Both the position numbers and the translations under genes were made by a program. From Vicugna vicugna (taxonomy: Eukaryota): 64,000 nt of DNA. Where the stretch lies: positions 682,001 to 746,000 of the forward strand of contig MU057398.1 of assembly GCA_013265495.1 (NCBI GenBank), read 5' to 3'. Under the pieces are notes generated by a model that searched no databases, was not told the origin of the DNA, and saw nothing but the letters and a program-made list of their open reading frames with translations. Below are positions 1-13,732 of the stretch, one piece after another (position 1 is the stretch's first letter; each line of letters begins with the position of its first letter).

Positions 1-288
1 TACAATACAGACTTCAGTTCAAACACAGAAGAGATTTACTTAGCAGAGTTCCTTTCACCCACCAAAAATTACACAAATATAAGCCTCAACACCACAGTTA
101 AGAGGACCAGTAGAGAGAACCTCATGTTTGGAACACAAAAGGGGAAATAAAAACCAAACCAAACCCAAACAGAAAAACCCCAGAGAGACAAAGGGAGGGC
201 GAAGGGGGTGGGGAGCAAACACAGCACACGGTACAGTGTCCGGGTACGCGGGAGCCCAGCGCGAGGAAAGGGCTCGGCACACATTGAG

Positions 289-296
289 TAACAGTC
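289..296 (-). promoter_or_regulatory. miR-132/212 8mer target site (GACTGTTA)
   Basis: The + strand TAACAGTC equals miR-132-3p nt 1-8. It lies ~6.84 kb into the 3'UTR, where the established MECP2 miR-132 site is found. Confidence 0.85.
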
Positions 297-3200
297 CTGG
301 TGATATTTGGTCATATATTCATCAACTACTGACTCTGGAGCGGCTGTTATTGATTGAAGCAGTGACAACTCAAACGGAAAAGGAGGCCTTGGTGGCAAGG
401 GAAGGAGCAGGCTTCGAGTTCTGCAAGCCTTTCGCACTCCACCGTCCAGCTCCCCAGAAACACTGAACTGGGTGGGCCCTGCTCCGTCCGGGCGGGGCGA
501 GAGGTCACCGGGTGAGGCTAACTCAGCGCTGATTTCAGGTTTCAGTCGGAAAGCACGCCTGCGGACTGGTGCAGACACCCACCTGGGGGAGGCCTCGCAG
601 CAGCCTCCTCCGCCCCCGCCCCGGCTGGGCGGGCCAGGAGGCTGTGGCCCCACTGCTAATACTGAACGAAGGCTGGCGTGAGACCCCAGACCGGGCCCGG
701 AGGCTGCCCCAGCCCAGGTTCTCCGAGGGGCCCGCGGGCAGCCTGGCCACCCAAAGGGCCTGCGAGTGTTTCTCTTTTGGATTCAGGCCTCAGAAGTCAT
801 GACGCAGGGAGGGAAGCTTTTGGCCCTGGTGATTATAATGCTCTCTGCTTTGGAAGAACAAGTTTCTGGATTTTTTTTTGGTGTTTTTAATTACTTAAAA
901 AAACGATCAAAAAGAACTGTTACGGCTAAACTCTAGCAGATATTGCTCATTAAGAATTACAAAAGCAAATGCAATTACTCGTAGGATGGGGAGAAGAGGA
1001 AGGGATGTTTCTGGAGTCTTTGCTACCTCTTGGAGGGGACCCACTGGACCTCCTATGTGGTTCTGGGGTCCCTGGTGTACTACCTGGTGCAGCTCACACT
1101 TTCAGAGATGAGACAAGGCCTTCCATCTCCCCTCCAACCCCGGACTCTGCAAAGCAGGAGCCCTGCTGGTGGGGAGGCCTGCTGAGCCGACTCTCCAAAC
1201 AGGATCACTCTGAAGGGGTCACTGGAAGGGGTCAGGGTGGGGGTCAGGCCACCCCCAGGTACTCCAGCTGCCCCACCCAGGATCGAAGGGGACCAGGTGG
1301 TGCCAATGACATTCCTGGCTTCGCCAGGGCAAGGGAGCACTCTTGCGCCCACCCGTTGAAACGAACTATCTTGCACCAGCACCCTGGGGCCTCTCTCTCA
1401 AGCTTGGGAGAAACAGTGCAAAACCCAGGTGCTGCCTGGAGCCTCCTTCGCTTGGCACAGGGAAGCCCTTGAAAGAAGCGAGGAAAGACCACGCATCTGC
1501 CTGGACAGAAGTGACCAGCAGACAGGTTTGTCGTTTTTTTTTTTGTTTGTTTTGTTTTTTGTTTTTTTTTTAAATTTTCCCTTGTCCTATGCTATGGTTA
1601 TCAGAAATATTGTAATTAAGCAACAGGTATAATTTTAACAGGTCTTTTTTGTGTGGAGCCACAAGCAAAATGAGTTTATAATTGTGCAATATACAGATAT
1701 ATATATATAAAAATTCAACTGCTTTGTGTGTCTAGTCGGTGTGTTAAATAAAAGGGACAGAAGAACTAAAAGCAAAACTAAAAAGCGAAACAAACGCCCA
1801 GGATAGAAGAGACCAAGCAGGCCTATGCGTATAGTCTATAAGATACTGGGTATAATCAGGGTCACCAGGAAGAACAGCTTTGTCACTTGACACACAAACA
1901 CTGTGGGAAGAAGGACTACCAGTGGGCAGGAGCCAAACCTCTTGGCCTTTTGATCTCATTTTCTCTCACTGCTGAGCAAGACCTGAGGACAGGTAGATCA
2001 AAGGGAGGAGCTAGCAGAGCAAAGGCAATTTGCAAGTTTCCTGAATGTTCTGAAACTCAAAGCCAGATTTCCCTCCATGAGGGTCTCAACTCTGCCCTCC
2101 CTCTGCTCCAGGGGCTCCCACAGGGGACGGGCGAGCGGGGGGTCACACCCCACAGTGAGTGCTCAGGCCTGTCTTCACCTCCGAGCTGAGAAGGAGTGCC
2201 ACTCCACCTGGGCCCAACAGAGAGCAGGGCAGGGGCCTGTCCTCAGGGCAGAGACTGGGAGGAGACATCACCCTCTCCCTACTAGTTGCCTGGGCCCCAG
2301 TTAGAATTCACTTTTCCTGACAAGTCAGCACTTGGGGCAGGCCCTGTCGAAATGAGAAAGGAGCCAGAAACAGGTGGCGCTGGGGAGGGAGAAAGTTGCT
2401 GGCTTTCAGACTCACTTGTGAGCACTCTCCTTCCCACACTCAGACCTGGGCTCCTGCGGTGGCAAGGCAGGCAGACCTCCCCACAGGACAGGGGTGGACT
2501 GCTCCCCAAGGCGAGATGGGCTCTCCAGTGACAGGATGGCCCCAAGTCAGATCCAGCACTTTCTGGCTGGATTCCCCTTAATTTGCAGCGCTCACCACAC
2601 ATCAGGTCAGGCTCCAAGTATTTTTACATCGGCATTTTTGCAAAAGCTTGCTCTTACTCATTCAGAAACATTGAAATGTAGTTCTCTGCTAAATGTTTTC
2701 TAGGTTTTCCTTCTGAATTGTTGACAAGGGGTTTCAGTGTTCACTTTTTTCCCCTTTCACATGGAACATTAGACCCTGGGGGTCAGTATCCTAGCGATTT
2801 GTAACAATTAGACTGTGCCTTTTCTAAAGACTGAGACAACATCTACAAGAGGAATATGCAGAAACGGAGACTCCACAAACCCCTCGGTGGACGGGTTCAC
2901 TGACAGAGAGCAGTGAGTGCCGGGTATGATGTGGCGGGGCCGCGGGGCACCCCAAGCCCCAGCCTAGGCAAACGCCCCTGGGGCTCTCGACCCAGCTTGC
3001 TTACTTCCCGAGGTCTGGATGACCCCGGCCATCCTTGTGTGAAACTCACATCAGGAAACAATGTGCGGCAAGGACCCCGGCCAGCAGTGGAGACACAGAG
3101 GTGCTCTCTCTCTCAGAACTGGTACCCGTGACTTCCCCAGCCCCGTCAGCCCACAGAGCCTGGCAGGAACGCTCTGGAAAGGGGGCACAGAGCTCAGCTG

Positions 3201-6200
3201 CCAGGCTCCACCTGGTGTATTCAGTTCACACTCTTCCCTCCTGGGCTTGAGCCACTTATTAAAAGTTACTTAAAACTTGGAGGTCCTGTCAGCTAAGGAA
3301 GCTCCTTTCCCACCAAACATGGCGGCTTGTTTCCAGCTAGTACCCTCTTTCCTGACAGCTGTCACAGCAATGACAAGCTAGGCAGAGGGCAGGCAACAAC
3401 TCTGGGCTGCTCCAGATCCCACTGCCAGCTTTCGTGGCCTCTAGCCTGGCATGACACCACCTAACAGGCTGATGCCATCTCCCTGGGGTCTCAGGAGTGG
3501 AGGTCAGGTGCTGGCCGTGGCCAGCATCCCCGGGCCAGCACTTCAGCTTTCACCCTCCCGGGAGCTGAGGGGAGGGGTCCTTGGCTAGTCTGGCACTGAT
3601 GGACTGGGGGACATGGCATGTCTGGGTGTCTCCTGTGCCTTTTGCTATGGGAATACAGCACCAGCAGAAGAGAGCTGTACTAGAACCTGGCTGTGGCCGT
3701 GTCTCCAGTTCACTGCAATGCCAAGGCCAGCAACCACACTGCTGAGGACGGGCCCCCAGTGGGCAGGGCCCAGTGGGAGGAGTTCGAGGATGGCTGGAAT
3801 TCTGTCAGGAGAGGAGGTAGCAACTAATGACCAGAATGAGGGCGGGGGATCTGAACATGACTCTGTGACCTAGCCCCGTGGGCATCTGCAAGCTGTTGGT
3901 CAAGTCTCGCCTTCCTGACATAGTCCCTAGGAGGTGCCCCCAATCTCCCTGGTCTTTAGGCACACACGGCCGAGGGCACAGCCCCAAACTGGGCCTGGCA
4001 CAGCTGCTAAGGCTTCTGTGGCTCAGGCTTTCGCTCTGACTTCCCGTCAACCTGATTCCTGGGCAGAGGCGGAATGGGAGCTGCAGGGCCCCCGCCCAAA
4101 GGTGACTCACCAGCGACGCCTCTATCTGGGGGAAGAAGGAATGTGGAAGAAGGAAGGGGGGAAATGGAGAAAACCCTACAGTGCCTCAGGCGCCACCTGC
4201 AGCCTGGAAACTCTAGGGGAAGAAGCTGCGGAGCCAGGATGCTGCAGGCAGGGCAGAAAGGAAATGCCACTGGCAATTCTGGGTTCTCGACCACCAACGC
4301 CCAGTCAGCCCCAGAATGAACTGTCACAGGGGAAAGGGCCACGGCAGACCCAGCTCTCCTTGCCCCAGGATCCGATGGTACCAAGCCAATGGGGAGGCCA
4401 TCTCTTGATACTGGTCCCAGGAGCTACATTTTACTGGACTAAAAGCATGAAGCCTAAAAACCTGACCGACCAAACCAGATGGGGTCTCCACAACAAACTG
4501 GTTGGACACCGTGCTCGTGTGGATAGGAGTTCTTCGGGGGTGCCAGGAATGCAAGCCACTGCAAGGTCAGGGGCCTTTTGTCCTTGGAGGAAGAGTTGGT
4601 CCCAAAGGACTCACCCCCTCCTCCAACCCCCCGTCCCTCCCTGGGGAGGCATCAGACGTGAAGCCTGGAGGGTCGGTAACAGAGCGGGTTTGGTTGTGGG
4701 ACTTGCTTTTGCCGCATCAGCAAATGGATACAAAAAGAGCCAGAAAAGCCAACTACGACTACAAACAGAACAGTGCAAACTCCCTTGCTTCTAACCATTC
4801 TGGAAGAGACAGAAATGGTTTTTTTCTTAAGCTACTGATTGGAACTGTCGACTATGGTTCCTGATCACTAAGGACTGGCAAGGAAGTGCTAGACGGTTTC
4901 TAAGATGTTTCACTCCTTCATGGTTACACTGCAGTAAGGAAGCCAGGGGATAAGAACTGAAATACACGAGACAACACACACTTGACAGTTCATGGCAGCA
5001 GCTCACACAGGACGTGCTTGTGAGTGTTTCTGGAAGCATAAGACTGCTGTCTCGTTTGCTACTTTGATAAGGTACTTCTCAGTTGGACAGATTTAGATAT
5101 AAGAGACATCTCTGTAAACACAGAAAAGGATATACCAATATGATGAAGATATGCAGCTAGATAAGGACTTCCTGAACCAAGGACGAAAGCATGGGGTCCG
5201 AATTAAAACTGATCAGTTAACGCCCACAACAAACCCGAGCCTCTGAGCCCCCACACCACTCCCCGGGTGCAGATGCGGAAACTTGTGAGGTACTGGCCCC
5301 ACCCAGTCTCCAGCAAGCAGAGGCCCAATGGGGTCCAGCAGACAAGAATCTGCACTTAGAGGAGTGGCAGGGGGGCGTCTGCACCTGCTCTACCCGCTGC
5401 CCTGCCGCCCCGCCCCGCGCTAGCCAGGTCTGGCCGAGGCCAAGGTCGGGGCTGGGCCACTCAATGACTCTGGCAGGCTACAGTGGGTCTCTGTGCTGCC
5501 CCTGGCTTCCATATTAAAATTCGGCCCACTTCCTCCCACCCACCTCTGTTGAGTGGAAGGTTGAGAAGGCTCGGGATCCGAGGTCTGACCGGAGAAGGGG
5601 ACTCTTAGGGAGCATGGCCTGGCTGCTCCCTTGCCCTTCAGAGAGGCTGAAGAGCAAGGGCCAGGGGGACTCAGCAGAGCCTGGGGCTTCCTCAGGGCTC
5701 AGAACGGGGTGGGAGGGGGGCTGGGGCTGACGGCGGGAAGGCCAAGGTAGGGGAGCAGTAAGTTCCAGGGCCTGAGCTGACTGGTGTCAGCCTGGGGTAC
5801 AGTGGGGCACTGCAGCTGCCTGGAACAGAAGGGATGAGCAAGGAGGAGGAGGGGAAGAAATGAAAGGCTGAAGTGAAAGAAGGCAGAAATGGAAGGAGAG
5901 AAGAGAAACCAATCAGGAAGTCCTTATAAATTGCAGCAAACACTTAGAGTTTCGGAGCTTCGTGGGAACCCTATGTGCTGAGCCCACTTGAAAACAAGCG
6001 CAGGTATATACACATCCAGGTAGTTCTCAACACCATCACGTCTGGTGGCTTGAGGGACAAAGTGTCACCAATTCAAGCCAGTTTGCTCTCAGAGCATGTT
6101 TTGAAGTGGGAACATGAAGACTCAATAGTGCAAATAGTTCTAAGCTGTCCCTAAAGGAGTTAGAATTGGAAAGTTTTGGAAGAACATTCTCCCCTCCTTC

Positions 6201-7025
6201 CCCCGGCCCCCTGCCCCATCCTCTAAGGCTCTATCAGCCACACCTGCTCTGAGCGACTAGGAATCCCTTCTGCCCCGGGTGCTCGGCTGTCTGGAGCCCG
6301 GGCCAACCTGCCGGGGCCTCTCCTGCTGCCTTCCTGGCCTCTCTCTACCGCCACCCACGGGAGGACGGCCCGGGGCCCTCCTCTCCTCTGGCTCAGGCCA
6401 GCCTATACCCAAGCAGCTCAAAGGATGCCTCCCTCCTCCTAGCCATGCCATGACTGGGGCGGACAGGTGCTCCTTCCCTGTCATGTGAAATGTCCTTGTC
6501 GGTTTTGGATTGGGTCTGGTGTGGGGCCACATCAGTGCCACCACAGGTGGGATCACACGGGCTATACCGTCTGGCCATCTCCATCTTCTCTAAAGAATCC
6601 AACTGTCTGTCTCGCCTCATGCCTCCTTGTCCCGATGTGGGTGGGCATGGGGGAGGTTGGGGGAGCTGGAGGCAGGGCAAGGTGGGGGGGGGAGGAGAGC
6701 TGAGACTGGGGCACCAATGGCACCAAAAACAGGAGTGTCCTCTCAACGGCTCTCTGTCCCTAACGACCACACAGGGGGAGGTCTGGGTGGGAGGGGAGGT
6801 GCAGGCGTACCCTAAGAAGCCTGGTCAACAGCTTGTCTGGTCAGTAGTATCTGCAGCAAGCCTTGTTGAAGGAGCCTAGTTTAGAAAAGTGCAAAGCTAC
6901 TTCTGGCCCTGGTTAGGTCTTCAACCTGACTGTGCTTGTCGGTAAGAAAAACATCCCCAATGCTCCAACTACTCCCACCCTGAAGCCACGAAACTCTAAG
7001 TTTACTGAAAGAAAAAAAAATATTT

Positions 7026-7031
7026 TTTATT
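7026..7031 (-). terminator. Proximal polyadenylation signal AATAAA (short 3'UTR isoform)
   Basis: TTTATT on the + strand ~100 nt after the stop, followed by a U-rich tract on the mRNA strand. Consistent with the known proximal MECP2 poly(A) site. Confidence 0.85.
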
Positions 7032-7133
7032 TCAGTTAATCGGGAAGCTTTGTCAGAGCCCTACCCATAAGGAGAAGAGACAACAGCTGCCGTTATTCTT
7101 GTTGGTTTGCTTTGCAATCCGCTCTGTGTAAAG

Positions 7134-8363
<1,230 letters not shown>

Positions 8364-9559
8364 TCACATGTGAGAAAAGCTGAGATGAGCTCATCTAGGG
8401 GGGACCTGGCCCCGTTTATACATGAAGCAACTGGGTGGCCCAACAGCAGTGGGCACCGGCCTGGCTGGCTCTGTTGCCAGAACAACTTGGTGCTGGCTAC
8501 TCCATGGCTGCCGCCCGGATGTCCCTGAAGAACTGCCTGCCACTGAGGCCCCTTCTCTGACCCCAAAGGGGTCTGGCCTGGGGACCCTGTCTGGCCATCA
8601 GGCTGGAGCCCATTCTGCTGGCTGGTGCCCAGAGCTCTTGTCTAAACTCAGTCTTGCGGCTTAGCCTCTCTGGGACTCAGTTTCCCAACTGGACAATGGG
8701 ATAATGCTTTTCTCATCTTCCTCTGAGTTGCTGGAATTAAATTCAGCAAGCATCTGCTGTAAACTGCTAACCTTTTCGGAATCATCTAAAGGGCAGAACT
8801 GAAATGCACATGTTCAGACTCCTTCTCTGAGGCTCTGGCTTGGAAGTTACACTGTTTCAACAGACAGCACCCAACAAGCAGCCCAGAGCTGGACAAATGC
8901 AAAACGGACAGCTGGAAAGGCACATGGAACCCCTTTGGGTCACTCTCCAGAGGTCCTGTCAGAAAGGCCACCTTTCCCAACACGGTTCACAGAGCAGACT
9001 GAGCCCTGTGAACTCCCATTTCTTTGGGTTCATGAAGCAATGCCACAGAACGACTCCCAGAAAGAAGACATTAACAGGTGGTGAGAAGAGCCCCTCAGCT
9101 GGGAAATGGCAGCAACCTCAGGGAGCTCTCCTGGCCTCCCCAGCCCAGGGCAGTGCCCATGGCAGGCCCCAGGGCCTCTGGGTCCAGCCTGGGCAGGACC
9201 TTGTGCCCTTAGTGCTTCCCAGGTGACCTCTCCCGGTGTCCTCACTGTGGCCCCGGGTATGCCCTACTGCTATTCCATCTCCAGACGAGGCTTTGAAGGC
9301 TGGCGCAGTGAAGCCACACTTTGCTACCCCATGCACATCTCACTCAGGGCAGTGACCCACGTACACAGTCATTTCAAGCATACCTTGTCGTGCCTGCAAG
9401 CAGTCGTCATTACTGAAGCCCCCGACTCGATGTGGGGTTATGCACACACATTTTCCTGATCAATGAGTAGCAAAGAGCCATCCTTCCAAGGGATCCCCAT
9501 CCCCGGCCTCCCGCCCCCCTGGCCCTTCCTGCTCTGTAGACAGGAGGTGCCCTTACTTA

Positions 9560-9919
<360 letters not shown>

Positions 9920-12860
9920 TTAAACAAGTATGTAAGTATCACAAAGACCACACCGGTTTGCCGAAAAGTGAGCAACGGCAGACCCAGGGCGCCCCAGCAC
10001 ACACAGGGCCCCAGGAGATGGGGGCTGCCATGTCAGCGCTCACCTAGACCTGGGGGTTCTGCCTCTTTGGATTTCTTTAGAGCCCCTGGACTGCTGATGG
10101 CGGTGGCCAATGCATCCTACCTAGGCTGTGGCCACCCTGAGCCCTACTCGTAGCGGGACTGCACAGGTGGCATTTTGAGAGTAGAAATACTGTGTGGCTG
10201 CTCAGCTTTATGAGCTGTGCCCGAGGGCCTCTGGCTTTGACGGATGACAAAAGGCCCTGGATTGTGGGAGGTGGGGCTCCTCTTCATGAAGGCCTGGCTT
10301 GGGTGTTACTACAGCTTCTGGGCTTGCGGTTTTCTCAAACGTGTGCTCAATCAAACAGCACAGTACAACGTGCTGATGGGAACAGCCCCACACCGCCCTT
10401 GGGAGGTGGTGCACAGTGCGGTGCTGTAGAAAAACACGCAGACTTGGGGGCAACCTGAGCTTAAGTCCTGACTCAGCCATTTCCAAACAGACCTGAGTGT
10501 GTAACCTCAACATCTTGTGCCTCAGTTTCCTCATCTCGACGACGGGTGCCAACACCATGGAGAGAGAAGTGTTACAGAGGTACCGTATAAAGACTGGCCA
10601 ACGTGGGCAACCAGACATCGCTGCCCAGGGTTCTGGCGTGAGAAAAGCAGCAACCCCAGATTGGGTAAGCCTTTATCTCCACACTCTCCCTTACAACGCG
10701 GGGGGAGAGCGCGGAGAAGGTGCAGAAGAGCAGTCTCCCCATCCCAGGGCAGCCGCGTCCCCATTCCTTCTTGTTGACGGAGCAGCTCCCTCCCTACACT
10801 TTGATCCTGCCTGGTAGGGTCCCTTCCCATGTATTTGAGAAATGGTCACTGGGCGGCCCTGGATCCCAGCGTCATAGTCTGGCCCTGATGCTTTTGTGAC
10901 TGGGCCCAGAGGGTAAGAACACAACCTGGGCAGGGGGTGGGGCGTGGAAGGAAGGGTCGTGGGCTGGGAATCAGGTGTCTGCGAGCCCCTCAGTGAGCAG
11001 CTCCTCCTGGAGAAGAGCAAGACCCTTCCTGTCCTCAGCCCGAGAGCCGCCCTGGTCTGCGTGGCTCCTGTCAGCACTGATCACGGCCTCCTGTCGACCC
11101 CAAGTGACTTCCCTTCTTGTCCACACCATGGAGACTACAAGAAAGGCACTGCGGCGGGCCTGGGAAACCAGACTCCAATGACATGGGTAAGGCACCAAGG
11201 CTGAGTTAGCAGAACACTCAGCGCATGAGGTCAGGAGAGGGGAGACAGGTCCTGGCTCTTCCTCCAGCAGTTTAGGGCCCCGAGTGTGGCTGGTGGGATC
11301 ACCCAGAATCAGGCCACTGCCCACAGAAAGACCCTTTCTTGCTGTAAAGCGGGGGTCCCTAACCTGTTCCAGCACAGAGCTTACTTTTCAATTCTCCCAG
11401 TCTTAGCTTCCTCATGGGAAATGAGGAGAACCGTGGGGAGCGAGGTGTGGCCCGCAGTCCACTGTCACAGAGGGGAGAGGGGGAGCCTGCCAGCAGCACA
11501 GCAGCAGACAGACTGGAGCCACAGGCTCCCTAGAAGCTGGACAGCCCGGAGTCAGAGAAACACACTGCACCGGTGGCAAAAGACCTGGCTTCTTCAGAAC
11601 TCTCGTCTGCATTACCCAGCATGTTAACTACGGTTAAGTAAAGTACAAACCACATGTCCCAGGAATGCCTCTTAGATACCAGTGAGGGTGTCGAGGCCAT
11701 GTTGGGCAATCCCATCTAAACATCTACCTTGAACAGACAACATGTAGAAATGGCAAACAAGATCATTGTTTTCTACAGCCTGAGACTGCAGATGTCTGAG
11801 ACAACTGCCACCTGAACACACCCACCCCACAGAGAGTGGGGCAGATGGAGGAGGGGACGGATTCCTAGGGCCTACTGGGACGTGAACAATACCTACTGCA
11901 GGCTGCTGTGTGTGTGAGAGAAGGTGGGGACGTTAGGAAGTATGTGGCGGAAACGATGGAATTGGTCCCAGCACGGGGTAGATGGGGCCAAGGTGAGGAC
12001 AGGCCTGGCTGAGCAGGTTTCAACCTCTGAATCGTGTAAAGGTTGACGTAACCAGAAAGAAAATGAAAACAAGAGGCCACAGAAGGGACCATGCCTAGTA
12101 TCCATGGAAGGGAAGGCTGGCCCCTAGGAGAAGCAGGTGGCTCCGGTTCTGGGGTGGCCTGTGGGGGTGAAGGCAGGGGCACTTGGAGCGGATCGGAACG
12201 AGTCGGGACACAGGAGCTGGCTGGCAGGGCTCCTTGTGCTGGGCAGTGCCGTGAGCAGTGAGCAACTAAAAGAATGAAGTGGTTAGAAGACTGAAGAACA
12301 AGACCACTTGGTGGTGCTGGGGAAGGAGAGGAAGACATAAAGGGGCTGGAGGGGAAGGAGAGGCTGGACAGCAAAGAGGTCTTGGCGGGGCCAGGAGCTG
12401 GGGCCTGGGTTGCGCTTTTTCTGAGCATGAAGGCAGCAGTCAGGGGACTCTGAGCAGGGGTGGGGATGAGCTGCTGTGTGGAGAATGGCCTGTGGGAGAC
12501 TTAAAGAGGGTGGCAGGGAGGACCTGTGGGTAAGGAAACTGGAGGAGCGGGGATTTACCGGGGGTGGAGCAGCAGAGCTGACTGGTGTGGGGAGGGGCAG
12601 GGGACACGTTAAGGACCATGGCCAAGTCCTGGGAGGACAGCGGGGCCACTGACGGTGGATAAGGAAGCCGGGGCCGGGAGCAAGTGGGAGAGTGCTATGT
12701 CCATGATTAGAAGCTCCAGGACAGGGGAACACAGGCTACCAAGTGGGGAGACCCTTGTGTTCATACTCTGACTTGGCCTAAATTAACCGTTTGGGTTTTT
12801 TAAAGTTCTTTATTGTGATAAAATATACATAACATAAAATTTACCTTTTCAACAGTTTCT

Positions 12861-13186
12861 TTTTTTTAAACATTTTTATTGATTTATAGTCATTTTACAA
12901 TGTTGTGTCAAATTCCAGTGTAGAGCACAATTTTTCAGTTATACATGAACATACATATATTCATTGTCACGTTCTTTTTCACTGTGAGCTACCACAAGAT
13001 CTTGTATATATTTCCCTGTGTTATATCGTATAATCTTATATATCTATTCTACATATGTCTGTCAGTATCTACAAATATCGAACTCCCAATCTGTCCCTTC
13101 CCACCTCCCTCCCCCTTGGCAACCACAAGTTTGTGTTCTATGTCTATGAGTCTATTTCTGTTTTGAATTTACGTTTTTTTTTTTCC
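12861..13186 (-). mobile_element. Lineage-specific L1 3' end inserted in an older L1 fragment
   Basis: T tail plus catttttattgatttatagtcattttacaatgttgtgtcaaattccagtgtagagcac. TSD caacagtttct (12850-12860) / caactgtttct (13187-13197). Confidence 0.8.
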
Positions 13187-13407
13187 CAACTGTTTCTAAG
13201 TGGACAGTAAGTTTTTAATAGCACCAAAGATGGGGAATAAAAGGGCCTTTAACTCTATCTGTAATATTCTAGTTCTTTTACACTGAAATTACTTGAAGCA
13301 ACCATATTGGGTGACTTTCAATTCTGTGCACTGAGGGGCGCAGAGGTGTTCGTTACTTTATTTTCCAACTGCTACTTCTGTACTTATAAACAAATGAAAG
13401 CAACTGG

Positions 13408-13732
13408 AAATAAGACTCACAGATACAGAAACCTTATGGTTACCAAAGGGGAAAGGAGTGGGGGAGGGAGGGATAAATTAGGAATTTGGGATTAACAGAT
13501 GACACTACCACATATAAAACAGATAAACAACAAGGACCTACTATCTAGCACAGGGAACTATATTCATATCTTGTAACAACCTCTAATGGAAAAGAATACA
13601 TGTATGTAAATTTATAACTGGATCACTTTGTTGTACACCTGAAACTAACACAACATTGTAAATCAACTACACTTCAATACAAAGGAAAAAGGAAAGGAAG
13701 GAAAGAAAGAAAAGGTTCAAAGGAAGAAAAAA
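13408..13732 (+). mobile_element. Cetartiodactyl-type L1 3' end
   Basis: agactcacaga...ggataaattagg...acaacaaggacctact...agcacagggaactatattc...tgtacacctgaaactaacacaacattgtaaatcaact, followed by an A-rich tail. Confidence 0.82.

Larger units (their letters stand above)
1..7133 (-). other. MECP2: Long MECP2 3'UTR (exon 4), continuing beyond the window start
   Basis: Follows the stop codon, is largely free of recognisable transposons, and carries the miR-132/212 8mer at the expected distance. MECP2 is known to have an ~8.5-kb conserved 3'UTR. Confidence 0.88.

Noticed and set aside
3934..4794. 286-aa + strand ORF
   Set aside because: Non-ATG start, antisense to the GC-rich 3'UTR, no recognisable domain.
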